Below, in pieces: positions 43,859-55,852 of a stretch of 64,000 nt of DNA. The stretch spans positions 7,258 to 71,257 of the forward strand of contig JAADVB010000077.1 in NCBI GenBank assembly GCA_023334545.1. Direction: 5' to 3'. Source of the stretch: Salisapilia sapeloensis CBS 127946 (Eukaryota > Protista > Oomycota). A program made the position numbers and the translations under genes. How positions within the stretch are numbered: position 1 is the first letter of the stretch; each line of letters opens with the position of its first letter. The notes beneath the pieces are model-generated. The model was not told where the DNA came from. It ran no database searches and saw nothing but the letters and a program-made list of their open reading frames with translations.

Positions 43859-45929
43859 CGTGGCAGAGTCGGATGTGGCATTTGGAAGGGATACCATGGA
43901 ACATTGATGGTACAGTTGTGTGGTTGAAGTTGCGACAGATGCTGTACCAACTTTACATCGATCCCGAAACCGACTCGGATTCGATGGTAACTTGGCTTGT
44001 AAGTACTCTTTCGGTACGCTCTTTACTTGCAATCGATATGCGATATCGCTCATCGAATTTGTCGATTGCAAAAGTCATGCAATGCTGACCTGTTTATATT
44101 TTCTTTCATCAGAAAGGGTGCCTTACAACGTTGTCTCCATGGTAGCATGCAAAAGACTGAAGTTGATAAGACGATACCTCGGACCTTTGTGTCGTCGTTT
44201 TATGCGATAAACGTTAAACACTCTTGTTCTGTTCTACTTTCTCAGTTATCCGATCTTTCGCTCCTTAAGCTCTGATCCGGATAGCTTTCTAATAGTCTGG
44301 CATAACACGGCAAGCAAAACATATAACTGTATTAAGTCTAGGAACAAAGTTCGCTGAGTGCTTCCTTCATTGCACCTGCTCATCTGACTGTTTGTGCATA
44401 TATTGTACTATTAGGCTTTGGTATCAATGTCCTAACATCGACTGCATGTTTTAAGCTATAGCTTCCAGAATACGTTTTCAAGTGTTTCCCGTTTCGGTAG
44501 ATACAAAGTTGCTAAAGCTTTACTTAAACTCCCATTGCTATGTTTCTGTGATTAAAATGAACACACACTATATACTTTCCGCGATATACAATCACACTTT
44601 ATTGTATAATGCGTATAGGCTATTTGGATGACCAATACTTCTAACGATTCCTCGCGTAAAGTATTTCTATATCTTGCCGATCAACTCGAATTGGTGGATG
44701 CTTCTGCACATAGCTAAAGCTTCATCCTACTCGGATGTGTGTCAGGTTCATCGAGGCTATAAACTTCGAATGATATTACTTTCTTTTTTAAATGACCAAT
44801 GGTTTGAAATAGATTTCATTTGTGTTCCTGAGGAACGGGATACTTCAGTAGCTAACTTGTGCACTTATCTGCTCTCAGATTTGCTGGCATCACAGCTTTT
44901 ACACGTCGCTACACTTTGGTACATTTACAATCGACAAATTTGTCAATTGGAGCAGGTTAGTATCTGCAACCGGGTCACATGGTCTACGATGTACGATAGC
45001 TTTTGATTAAGCCAATACCCCTGCTACTTTTATTCCTTGCATGTAGGTTCTATTTGGAATTGAGTTGAAGCTTCCAGTCCATACCAATGTAAGGACAAAG
45101 TAGGATCGTACGATGGTGATTTACTTTTAAAACAAAAATGTACTTGTCATATACTTCGCACACAACATGGCTTTGGAAGAGAAACCTAATGGAAATTTAT
45201 CATGAAGCTCTATAAAGAAAAAATAGACAAACTTTTGGCTTGGTCCTTACAAGCAGAGCATGATCGTTGGTTAATTGGGTAGCTTCGCGTATACCTGAGC
45301 TATATGATATCTTGCCTTCTGTCGTTATATTTCGGAAATTGTATTCACAGGTAAATATATCACATCTTGCAATGGCTCTGGATAGAAAGCGCAAAGATGT
45401 AATCGCACAACTCTAAAAACCTAGACAAGTTTTCTTCCGAAGTTAAATGTGTCGGCGTCGTAGAACAACACATCTAAGTATAAGAAGAGCGACTTTTCTG
45501 ACAGAATAACTGAACCCCATTTGCTGGTATTGAACATGACTTGGAATTTTCCCTTCCATTTCCCCATCAATATTCATGTATCATGGCCATAATAGGAGCT
45601 AAGAGATCGGGATACTATTTGATGGCAAGTTTTCAGCGTGTCACCAAGGCAACCTGGCAGCATAAGCAAGAGTACGCAAGAATAGAAAAGTTTGTGTTCG
45701 TTGAATGGATAATCGGGTATTGAGCAAGGAACTACAGGCATCTTGAAAACAAACATGGATAAATTGTAATAGGTATCAATGCTCAAGTCTTTCGCGGTCA
45801 ACCGTACATCGCTATCTACCTTCCATTCCTATCCTCTTATATTGTTTACTCTTCGATCATGTCTTGGCGTGGAATAGTGTCGAGCGTATCGTGGTGTATC
45901 GTTGGAAAGCCCTTCAGGTTGAAGTTGCA

Positions 45930-46078
45930 TTCGATTTACTTGAGCTAGTGAGCTCTTCGCTATTTCAGTGGGACGAGTACAGTGTCAATCACAAATGTCT
46001 CCCAATTATTTTGTCGATTGCGGTAATATGCCTGTTCCGAAATAAAAGCGAAGAGCTCACTAGCGCAAGTAAATCGAA
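45930..46078. repeat. Inverted repeat with 32-bp arms (1 mismatch) and an 85-nt spacer
   Basis: 45930-45961 ttcgatttacttgagctagtgagctcttcgct versus the reverse complement of 46047-46078, ttcgatttacttgcgctagtgagctcttcgct. Confidence 0.9.
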
Positions 46079-47650
46079 GAGCTCACTGAGTCGTTCGCGC
46101 ACTTTTTCAAATTTGCGCATGACGAGCACCAGGACTGACTTAAACTCTTCTGGATGATCTTTCCTCATAACTGCATCCAAGACGAAGACAGAGATAGACC
46201 AAATATATAAATTCGCATCTACATTGGGAGTACAGAACACTCGCTTATGCATTCGATATAGTAGATGCTATATTGAAGTGTTGCGTTAGGTTTCCAATGT
46301 CAAGTGGCAAAACAAGATCGGCTATGCTAAGCAAAGGCAGAGCTGCCCGATTCGACTACCATGAACATTATTACAAAATGTGAATCCCAATGCTGCCAAA
46401 TAGGTATTCAGCGCGAACACGGCCTAACTACTTTACCAGAGTGGAAGTGTGCCGCCGGTCTAATACTTAAAAATCTTTTCTCAATCAGCTAAAGCCAGTT
46501 TGCAACTGGCAAGTTACACAACTGCGCTCTTGGAGAGCTATAGGATTTGATATAACTACGTGTCAAAGTTCATTTATGGCATGAGGTCAAGTTGGTCAAG
46601 TAGCTTTATAGAAATTGCCATCATGAGACAATTATATCACTATGGATGAAGTCGAAAACACAAGCGTCGTCCCTTTATGCATATTTATTTTCCAAACCCT
46701 GGTAGTAAATGCCAAGGCAGGAGTACAAACGAAATACGATATTAATTTGGAAGCATACATATCAAATCAAAAGCATGTATTTAAACAAATCAGGTCTGCT
46801 GTGTGCTTTCGACTCGGGTGAACCATTCTGCTTAGGAATGCAATAGCGATAAGTCCTTCTGTGTGATATAAACGTACAAAGTAGCTAGGTCAGGTGCTAG
46901 AGTTAGCTATATAAGGATGATGTCTTGAAGGGTATATGAAAAGAGCATATGCTTGTTACTTTAAAGAAGCGGACATCTCATGATAGAAAGTATTATTATT
47001 ACGTCGGAAAACGGCTTTATCTTTCGTAGTTGGCATGCAGTTTCCTCTATTCTGCATATGCTTTGAATGCATCAACTATTGCGCTTTGCAGATAGCGAGA
47101 TCGAAAGTCTCATTGACACATGACATCCTCTACTTAAAGGGTCCTATTTTAGCCTCAGTGTCCCTTTCCGATATATGCTGAGTAAGTTTCCACCCGTTCC
47201 GGCCTATCTCCATGCTGCTCACTTGCTGTTTCCTGGATTTTGATGCATTCGAAACGCTTGAATTGTCAGTAATTTGGTTCGTATATCATTCCACATTACC
47301 AGTTTGATGCTGATCTTGTTTAAATGTTTTGTTGTACGCCTTAAACAACATGCAGCATCTTTTAAAATAGTTCTAGAGCTGGTCTAGCTTTCGCAATTTC
47401 CATTCAAATGGAAGCCCAGAGACATTACATGCCATTTTTCGTGATATGACCAGCCAGTATTATCTCAGTCATTAGCACAGTAGAGCTCTAGCAATAGATT
47501 AAAATCACGATGAGAACTCGCCGGCAATGAAAATTTTAAAGATAGGATGATAAACAACGTCTCTTCGATGGGCTGAACTATGAATAGCAGCATAGTACAA
47601 AGCTACCACGAAAGTTTTATACCAAGTGACGCGAAGCATTTGGCGTCAGA

Positions 47651-49520
47651 ATGGAAATGAATATTGAGCAAAATACAGGGAAAGCTCATGCATGGATCGC
47701 ATCCAAGGCTCATTGGTTGTTAAGCTTGTATCTCAAGATTCAAGTCTACAACAAAGGATCCTACACAATTGAGAGGCTGCCATCATTCAAGGAGTATTGC
47801 GAAAAAGCATCCTTTCATCGTGTCCTCTTTGTTTGTCTTCTTACACCACTTCCAGCTTTAATTGCATCCATTGGCATCGATATGATTCCTCTAGCTTCCC
47901 CACTTGAAGCTTGGAATGATAATTATACACTGTGGATTCGCTACTTAATCCTTGCGACATTCATTTCGACTGGGTTTACTCTTCAGATCTTAACTTTGCT
48001 CCCAAGTTTAAAAATTACCCGCTGGTGCGTCCTCGTGCTTGTTTTAGGAACGAGCTCTGCCACAACTAGCGTTTACATGCTAGCTGCTGCTCTTTGGACA
48101 TTTCCGATTCCTTTTGGGATAGTGTTTATTGCATTCCCATTTACTTGCATATATATTTTGCTTCTAATGGCGGTATCCGATTGGAAAATTGTCAGAAAAT
48201 CTCCGGAGGAAATGAAGAGCTTGTGGCGGGTAACCTACGTCTTTGCATTTCACGTATACACCCTTGTGGTATATGTTGCGTTCAATGCCATGTTTCAATC
48301 CTTGACAGCGTCGCAACAAGTTTTCGCAGTACCGCTTCTACCGTTGGTTAAGCTTCACCTAAAGAACATGTACGCACGGGTACTTTCCCATAAACGCGAA
48401 GCCATACCGGAATTCACTGTCTTCTGTGTGGAGGTAAGCAGACTATATTGGTTTGTAAAATTGATAAGTCGAGATAAATAAATTTCATGTGCGTAGGTCT
48501 TTAACGCTCTCTTCGTCTCCATTTGTATGCAGACAGCGAATAGCATTGCAACAACTATAGTCATCATATCCATCGACGCTACTCAAATTATCTTTTCATT
48601 GTTGGAAATGCAGGAAGACAGCAAAACGTTGCTTGCGGAGATTAAGAGGTGCAAAATAAAGCGCGCGTCTCAAAAGAACTTACTGGCGAGTGTGCTAGAG
48701 CTGAGCAATCAATCTACTGTCCGAAAGTTCTCACTTCTGGATGAGACTAAGTCAAAATGCGATGTACGAGAAGCAAGAACAACCTCATTTGGCTCTGCAA
48801 AGTCTGGGCCATCAACTCCGAACACACCTGAGACTCAAGTAAAAGCAAAATCGAATCAAGTTGTTGCATATCAGCAAGATCTACCGGCGGATCTTGATAA
48901 GAAAAAAGGTGCTCACCAATCGTTAGCGAATGATTTTGCATCTGAGATGGTTGAAATTCATGCAGACCGTGCTCGAGAAGACGATGTCGTGGACGAAGCT
49001 TTAAAGCTTTTATTCCATATTGAGTACTGTCTCTTGTCAGAGTACTGCGAAGTCATACTCCCGATCTTGTATCTCAGTTATCTGATCATTCTTCACTATC
49101 TCCCGAATGTCGTCTACTACGAACACTCTAGTCATCTTACAGGCAAGGAATTGCTGTTGGTGGTGATGAACCTGTCAGTATTCATCTTGATGGAACTACT
49201 ATCGCTCGTTGTTCTTCATTATCTTTTAAAAAGCAGATTCAACTTTTCACCGGTACATCAGCTCGCCTACGTACTGGAGGACGAAAATCGCCAAATACAA
49301 GGCCACCTGATCCTGTTTGTGACCTACGTACTAGGATTCACGCTGATGCACTATGGTACGTACAATGCCATCTATTTTTTTTAGCATTCCGTATGCAATG
49401 CTTGGGTTACCATTGGACTCACTTGTACATATTTCTATGTGTTGTCAACCAGGGGTCGACTTTGGATTCAAGTTCAATTGGGCGGAACAAGTTGCCAGTG
49501 ATATCACTGACTCACCGTAG
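47651..49520 (+). CDS. Oomycete-type multi-pass membrane protein of unknown function (3 exons)
   Basis: Exons 47651-48433, 48497-49355 and 49453-49520 (gtaagc...tag and gtacgt...cag introns) join in frame. Motifs GSYTIERL, FPIPFG, VE|VFNALF..CMQ, HIEYCLLSEYCE, FSPVHQLAYVLE, HYG|VDF are characteristic of an expanded oomycete TM family. Confidence 0.8.
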
Positions 49521-50990
49521 TGTATCATATTACCGATCCATGAATGCATAGTGTTTCATACATTTCAATGTAAGGTGTAGACGACTACACCGGGAAGAAA
49601 TTCGAAATTAACAAAGCAATTTCTGTTTTTAATTACGAGGCTGAACGTATAAGAACATTGACTTTAAGCCATACTCACCATGATTATATTTAACTACGCC
49701 ATGGGCAGTTACCCGTAGATAAAGAAGTTAAGATAGAGCAGCATCGCGGATATGTGCCACCAGGGTTTGTAGCCATCCGAAGCCAATACAAGTAAATGCG
49801 AATGTAAACTTTGTAGTTTTTAATCAACTCTCCATGCCTAAGTTCATAATCCATACACAAGAACGTGTTTTGGGTTCAAGAACGTTTGATGCCCATATCA
49901 AAGATGCATGTCACTGCCGAGCTACTTGAGTATTGGTTTGTTACCGAAAGCCGCTATCTTCTCTTACTTGGACTATTGTCACAATAGTAGCCACCCACTT
50001 TCACTTCGATTAGTCTTACCTGGCTTATCAGTAATGGTCTCAATCATTGCATCCCTTCTAAGCACTCCCTGATTGCCCAGCACAGTCCGCAACCCAGTCA
50101 TGTCACAAATATGTCGGCGCATATCTATTATATTGACATTTCCCGCTGACCTAAGCGTCCAACATGGAGTTCCTTGCCGAGCATCCCCCGAATGGTCACT
50201 TCACTTCCACCTTAGACGTATCCTATGTATGATAATCTATGGGCATAAGTAGACCTACAAAGTTGTACATACGAACGCGCATTTCCATGTCTTCTTTGAT
50301 GTCATTCAGCAATAAAGCCAACGTCAAGATTCGCCTATCACACACCTTATTCATTCGTAATCTTGCCATGGCGAACTAAGACTAAAATAAAATACCAAAT
50401 AACTTGATAACTTGAATATATTACAACTACAAAAAGCTTTCAATCTATTTTGAACGAGAAAAATAGCTTTGAAAGCCGCCAACATTCGCAAAATACCCCA
50501 ACTCACTACAGGTCAAGGATCCATGATTGCAATCATTGATCGGCCTGGGTCTCGAAGATCAATAAATGAACAATCTAATTGTTACAAACCCTGGTCTTGT
50601 TGATCGAACAGAGAATCATAAACTAAAAGTAGATTCGGATGTCTTTACCTCCACCTCTCTTCCTCTGATCTGTTGTATGCACCATGTACTAATGGTCGTC
50701 CTCGCGACTCTTCGCGTGCAACTTAAAATATCTCTTCGATCAACCTTCAACATGTCTATGTGAAGCATACAATTCCTGTCATCTCGTACGTTCGTCTATC
50801 TCCAATGCCGCACAAAATGGTATATCTGCATGCAAGATTACTGCAGAGTTAATACAAGTAGCAAGCAACGTAGCGCATCGGATCAGGACTTCAAGTACAA
50901 TAGAGTACAGACCATGCAACTCACCGATCAGTACCATATACCGCAAGTCGAGCGTGTCTGCTCGCATGCTTGCCCCGGCGCCTCCAGCGT

Positions 50991-51007
50991 GCTCATTTTC
51001 CAATCTT
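50991..51007 (+). promoter_or_regulatory. INR-FPR-like core promoter
   Basis: GCTCATTTTCCAATCTT lies inside the upstream part of ORF 50970, supporting the true start at 51066. Confidence 0.6.
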
Positions 51008-51065
51008 CGAGTCCAAACTCAAGACCAACCTCCCACCGGTTACCTTTCAACTTCTACTCGTCACC

Positions 51066-51815
51066 ATGGTTCAACTTACTGCTGCGATCACTCTTGCTGT
51101 GGCGGCTTTGGCTGTTCAAGATGTTACTGCTACTTACAACCTTCGGGATCGCGCATACGGCGAAGAACAAGAAAACGCTGGACTAGGTGGTGCGCTTGGA
51201 GGAGTGGGCAACTTGGCGAACGTCGGCGGTTTGACCCACAAACTGACTGGCGCACTAAAGGGCGTGCACCACTTGCTTAACGGCCATGGTGCTTACAATG
51301 CCGACGCGAATGCGGATGCTGGCTTAGATGTCGATGCGTCTCTCGGATTTGGTCTTGGAGTTGGTGTCGCCGGTTTGGACCTCGACGCTGGAGTCGGCGC
51401 TGGCGTTGGTGTCGATGGCGTTGGCGGCTTGGACGTTGGTGCTGGAGTCGGCGCTGGTGTTGGTGTCGATGGTGTGGACGTTGATGTCGATGCAAACGTT
51501 GACGCGGCCGTCGACGCTGATGTCGATGCTGAAGCTTCAGTCGATGCTGACATTAATGCCGATGCGAACGTTGATGCAGATATCGATGCTGACGTTTCGG
51601 TCGATGTGGACTCTGACGCTGAAGCCAACACTGACGTTGACGTGAATCACGACATTGATGCGGAAGTTGATCTACCGGTTGAGTCTGATGATAATGAGAA
51701 TACCCCAGAAACCAACGATGAAGTCATGCACCAGCACGATGCTGATTACCCTGTCAAGCATTTTGAAAAAGAGGTCAACTTCGAGGCGAAGAAGAACGCA
51801 GACTGTGACGCGTAA
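51066..51815 (+). CDS. Secreted low-complexity Gly/Asp/Val/Ala-rich protein
   Basis: Signal peptide MVQLTAAITLAVAALAVQDVTA, followed by long (G/D)-(V/A/L/I) alternating tracts, including a 54-nt tandem duplication (units at 51387 and 51441). Confidence 0.85.
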   Translation: MVQLTAAITLAVAALAVQDVTATYNLRDRAYGEEQENAGLGGALGGVGNLANVGGLTHKLTGALKGVHHLLNGHGAYNADANADAGLDVDASLGFGLGVGVAGLDLDAGVGAGVGVDGVGGLDVGAGVGAGVGVDGVDVDVDANVDAAVDADVDAEASVDADINADANVDADIDADVSVDVDSDAEANTDVDVNHDIDAEVDLPVESDDNENTPETNDEVMHQHDADYPVKHFEKEVNFEAKKNADCDA

Positions 51816-52899
51816 GAGGAAGTGTAGCGTTTTCGCATTACATATAGAATAAAAAGTTTTGGACATGCATTAATAGGTGTGTACACAAACAGAGTTTCTG
51901 AACTAAAAGAGCGATATGGAGGCGAAGAACTCTGTTTGTGACAAGTAAGAACGAACGAAGGTCTTACACATCCTGCACCAAAGAACAAAAACAATACTTA
52001 AACAATTCTTTTGTTTATCAATAGGATCTTTAGCGTCTTGATGGCATTCCTACACTCCCGCTTATGGATGGATTTTCAGGCACAGAATGGAAACTTCGGA
52101 CGCCAAGCGTGATTTTAGTTTGTCTGTAGCTGCGACAGATTGAGATTGATCGTTGGTATGTGCAGTGGAAAAGCACATGACATAGCCTTTCCTTTCTTTC
52201 AGGTCTAGGGAGCGATCTAATACCTGGTACTTGTAGACGATAAGTTTGCATTTTAACGGCTTGCCCTTTGCAAATGAGCACGAAACCGGTACCAAAAAGT
52301 TAGAAGCGCACGTCGCTGACCGAAGACTATGGAAACAGCATTTTAGAGGCACTCATGGCATACATAGAAGAGGATAACCGAACTTTTTGGGCTGCCATGG
52401 CGTCTGTGGATAGTACTAGTGGATGGAGCAACCTTTCGAAGCGCATCCATGCCCGGTCCTCCAAATTGAACGATATCGATGCCAGCACACAGGATTGAGA
52501 TAGCGGCAATCCGCCGTACTTTGATTAGCTGTTCGTGCACGACCAGATCTGAGCGAACTATATCAAGGTTGTTTCCGCGGAAGTCGGGCACATATCCGCG
52601 CAGACGATAGGAACTCGGATGTTTTAAAAAGAAATTGTATGCAGAGGAAAAAAATATCAGATACCAAGCATTGTTGAACGAAGATTGTGATACCATCGAC
52701 GAGCAGGTGTCGGCGTCTGATGGTCAAGTAAAAGTTTGCTGGGAAAATAGGCAGTGCACCTTGCAGTACGTGATTATCTTGAACGAGTTCACAACTACCA
52801 GACTTCTACACAAGTATTATAAGCAGACAGAATATTGACTTAAATATTGTCAAGTGGAAACGCTTCTGCCTAGGTTTAAAACTAAAAGGATCGCATTTA

Positions 52900-53200
52900 G
52901 CGACTTCAGCCCATAATCTGAAACCTGGACATTGGCATGACTGATGCTACGCGAGAGCCCTCCCATGAAGAATAATAAACCCGCTAAGACTTAAAAACTC
53001 TCACCTGAGTATTTTCCACGCTTCAGATTACTAAGTCGACGTCAAATATATTGCATTTTCTTTCATTGAGGTTATGGAAACTTGGAAAACTGTTTGGTAC
53101 CCGCTTCAACACAACTTCAATGAAAGCATACAGAGAGCTTTGTCTAATTTTGTAGCTGCTCACAACCGAGAAGCACTTGTGAAGCGTAATGACCATCCTT
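52900..53200 (+). repeat. Diverged direct repeat, copy 1 (upstream flank of the ankyrin pseudogene)
   Basis: Shared anchors with copy 2 at a constant offset of ~2556-2559 bp: ctggacatt (52925/55484), ccacgcttcagattact (53016/55572), tcattgag[g/t]ttatggaaa (53063/55621). Boundaries are approximate. Confidence 0.7.
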
Positions 53201-55158
53201 ATTCTTTCACCTCTGTCTCTGTGGTGGTTCGGAGCAAGTAGCTTCAGTTTCCATCTCTGAGTGGCGACGTAGCTGAAGTCATTTCTGTCTTTCTTGATCC
53301 ATCTCCGAGGATACCTCGGAAGCAAGTACATACAGCCCGATTCATCTTCTCCAGCGATAATGCACACTCGTTGAGTGTTCTATACCTCGTGATGGGTAGG
53401 ATGATGCAATTGACGACGCTGCGAAATACGGTCGCTTCGAAGTCGTAATCACTCTCCATTCCTTTCGTCCAGAATGATACTTCTCGCTGCGAGCACTGGA
53501 AGCCGCTGCCATCGACGGGCATTTGGCTTTAGCTCAGTGGATGTATTTCAATCGACCGTATGCGTTGCTTACGCACCGATGCATGGACAAAGCAGCAACA
53601 GGAGGCTATTTACAAACAATCCAGTGGCTCCGTTCACTTGGAGATGGCGATGGTGAAGGCGCCACATGCCATGTCGATAGACAATGCTTGCACCGGAGGC
53701 CATCTGCAGCTAGCTTAATGGCCCCATCAACATTGGGAAGAAGGATGCAAGGTGGGTGCTATGAATGGAGCTGTAACGAACGATCATTTGCATGTATTGG
53801 AATGGCTAGAAAACAACCGAGAGGAAGGGTTTATGATCGAAGCGATGGAGGGAGCAGCTCTTAATGGTCATGTTTATATTCTCGACTGGTTATCTGCTCG
53901 AGAGATAAAAGAAGGTCCTACAACATCAATTCGGATGCTCGAACAGGCCGCCCAAAACAGTCATATGAAAACAATCCAGTGGCTACTAGCCCATAGTGAG
54001 GAGAGGCTGGTAAATACTAAAGCGATCGAGGCAGCAGCGTCGAGACAAAAGTTAGAAACCGTCCAATTTCTCTTTAGTCAATTTTCATCGTACAAACAAA
54101 AGGAAGTCGTCGAAGCGCTGTTGCGTCGAAGCGATTGCAGAACGGTTATGCATGTACTGCACTCGGTAATGCCCAAAATTGTCGGTCATATCCATTCCAT
54201 TCATCACAAGTTGACTCTATATGATTTATACGGTGATTTCGATTGCATTCGTGCGCTCAATGATCATTATCCAGAACTATTAGAGCGCAACAAACAAGAG
54301 ATGGTGTGGGTTGCAGCCATTCATGACCAAATGCATGTCGTAGCATACCTCGTGGGCGTATTGCATGACGATACTGGGACTTACAACCGGCTGGAGATGG
54401 TAAAGGAACTCCATGCATTATATCCAGATGCATGTACAGATCGTGTGAAATATGCAGCGATACGAGATACTAATATTGAAACACTTGACTTTCCTTTGAA
54501 GACAGGAAAGGCAGAAGCAAACTCATGTGCTGTGCACGCAGTCGATTATGTTCATTTGAAGATGGTTCAATTTCTCTTCACGACGCAAGATATCGCTGGT
54601 GTAGAATATCTTACGGACACGGCAGTAGCCGAAGGTCACACGGATATTGTCGAGTGGCTGCATAAAAATACCAACATCGAATACAACGAACGTGCTTTGG
54701 AAGAGGCAATCGGTTATGGCCAACTCCCAATGGTCAAGTGGCTGCTTGCTAATCGAACATAAGAATTTGCCGGTGGTGACATGCATGCTGCAGTTTGTTG
54801 TAGAAATTTCGACATTGTTCAGTATCCCCACGAGAACAGCGATGAATGTTGCTCGACTAAAGCGATGAACGATGCTAGCACATATGGGTATCTGGTTGTA
54901 GTCGAATGGTTGCATGCAAATCGGTCGGAAGGATGTGATCGAACAGCAATGGATCTTGCCATTAGATACAGGCATATCGATGTCGTCAAGTTCCTCAACG
55001 AAAATCGGACGAAAGGATGCTCGGATGTACTTGATAAAGAGACCATTCATAATGATTCAAGTATGCTCATCTATCTCCATCGGAACCGTCTGGAGAATTA
55101 TTTGATGCGTGCGATTACATTGAGTAAAAAGACCAACCGGGGAGAAGTGAGACGATGA
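53189..55158 (+). pseudogene. Ankyrin-repeat pseudogene (oomycete 'A..GHL.VV.WLH.NR.EGC' family)
   Basis: Repeats such as AMNGAVTNDHLHVLEWLENNREEG and VVEWLHANRSEGC are interrupted by in-frame stops (TGA 53475, TAA 53716, TAA 54760) and a frameshift near 53670. Further lesions occur in the SVSVVVR...VISVFLD N-terminal remnant. Confidence 0.82.
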
Positions 55159-55456
55159 CTTAAGAAGCATAACCCGGATTTTGCTGAATGTCAAGAATGT
55201 TAACGAGAGATGTTTCCGAAGAAGAGGCGTCGTCTAGAATGAGACCATGGACATACTTCTAAGAGAAGACGTTAGTAGTTTTAATTCAAAATGAAGGTTG
55301 GTTTTTTACATTTTGCTTTTAAATAAGTTATTTCCAAGTAGATCATATTCACCGTAGGGATACGAACACAAACATGTAGTTACTTTGACGGTTTGAGCTG
55401 CGTTTATTGTTGCAATGGAGCACTTCGGTCCACGTTCACGACTAACTGAATTCAAT

Positions 55457-55780
55457 CGACTAGTTTAGGTCCATGTTCTGAAGCTGGACATTTTCCACGT
55501 CCAAAGCTGCTCGAGGTTTCTATGATAAAAGTAAACTCGGTGATACTTGAGATAGCTCGTCTGAACATTTGCCACGCTTCAGATTACTGAAGCAATACCG
55601 ATTATCTTGTATTTTGTTTGTCATTGAGTTTATGGAAAATTGTGAGACGATGATAGAAAGGTCTTCAGACATCAACGCATCAATGACTGCCTTGACTGAC
55701 CGACAATCCAATGTTTCAGTTCTGGTGCGATAGCACAACTTTTTCATCCATTTTTCACAGAACGGTCATGCTATCCTTCC
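55457..55780 (+). repeat. Diverged direct repeat, copy 2 (downstream of the ankyrin pseudogene)
   Basis: Same anchors as copy 1; similarity fades after atgctatcctt (55768), which corresponds to atgaccatcctt (53189). Boundaries are approximate. Confidence 0.7.
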
Positions 55781-55852
55781 TGCTATTTAAATTGATGTAC
55801 GAGGCACTATTATTCGCACTACCGCTATTTCTCTTGGTTTGTAAAAGAATGA

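Noticed and set aside
50970-51065. N-terminal extension of the secreted low-complexity protein
   Set aside because: The INR-FPR element lies inside it, and the signal peptide starts at the ATG at 51066.
52260-52840. Tc1/IS630 transposase remnant
   Set aside because: Only a vague likeness (AYIEED, AIRRTL); no DDE motif or TIR found, so it is not called as a mobile element.
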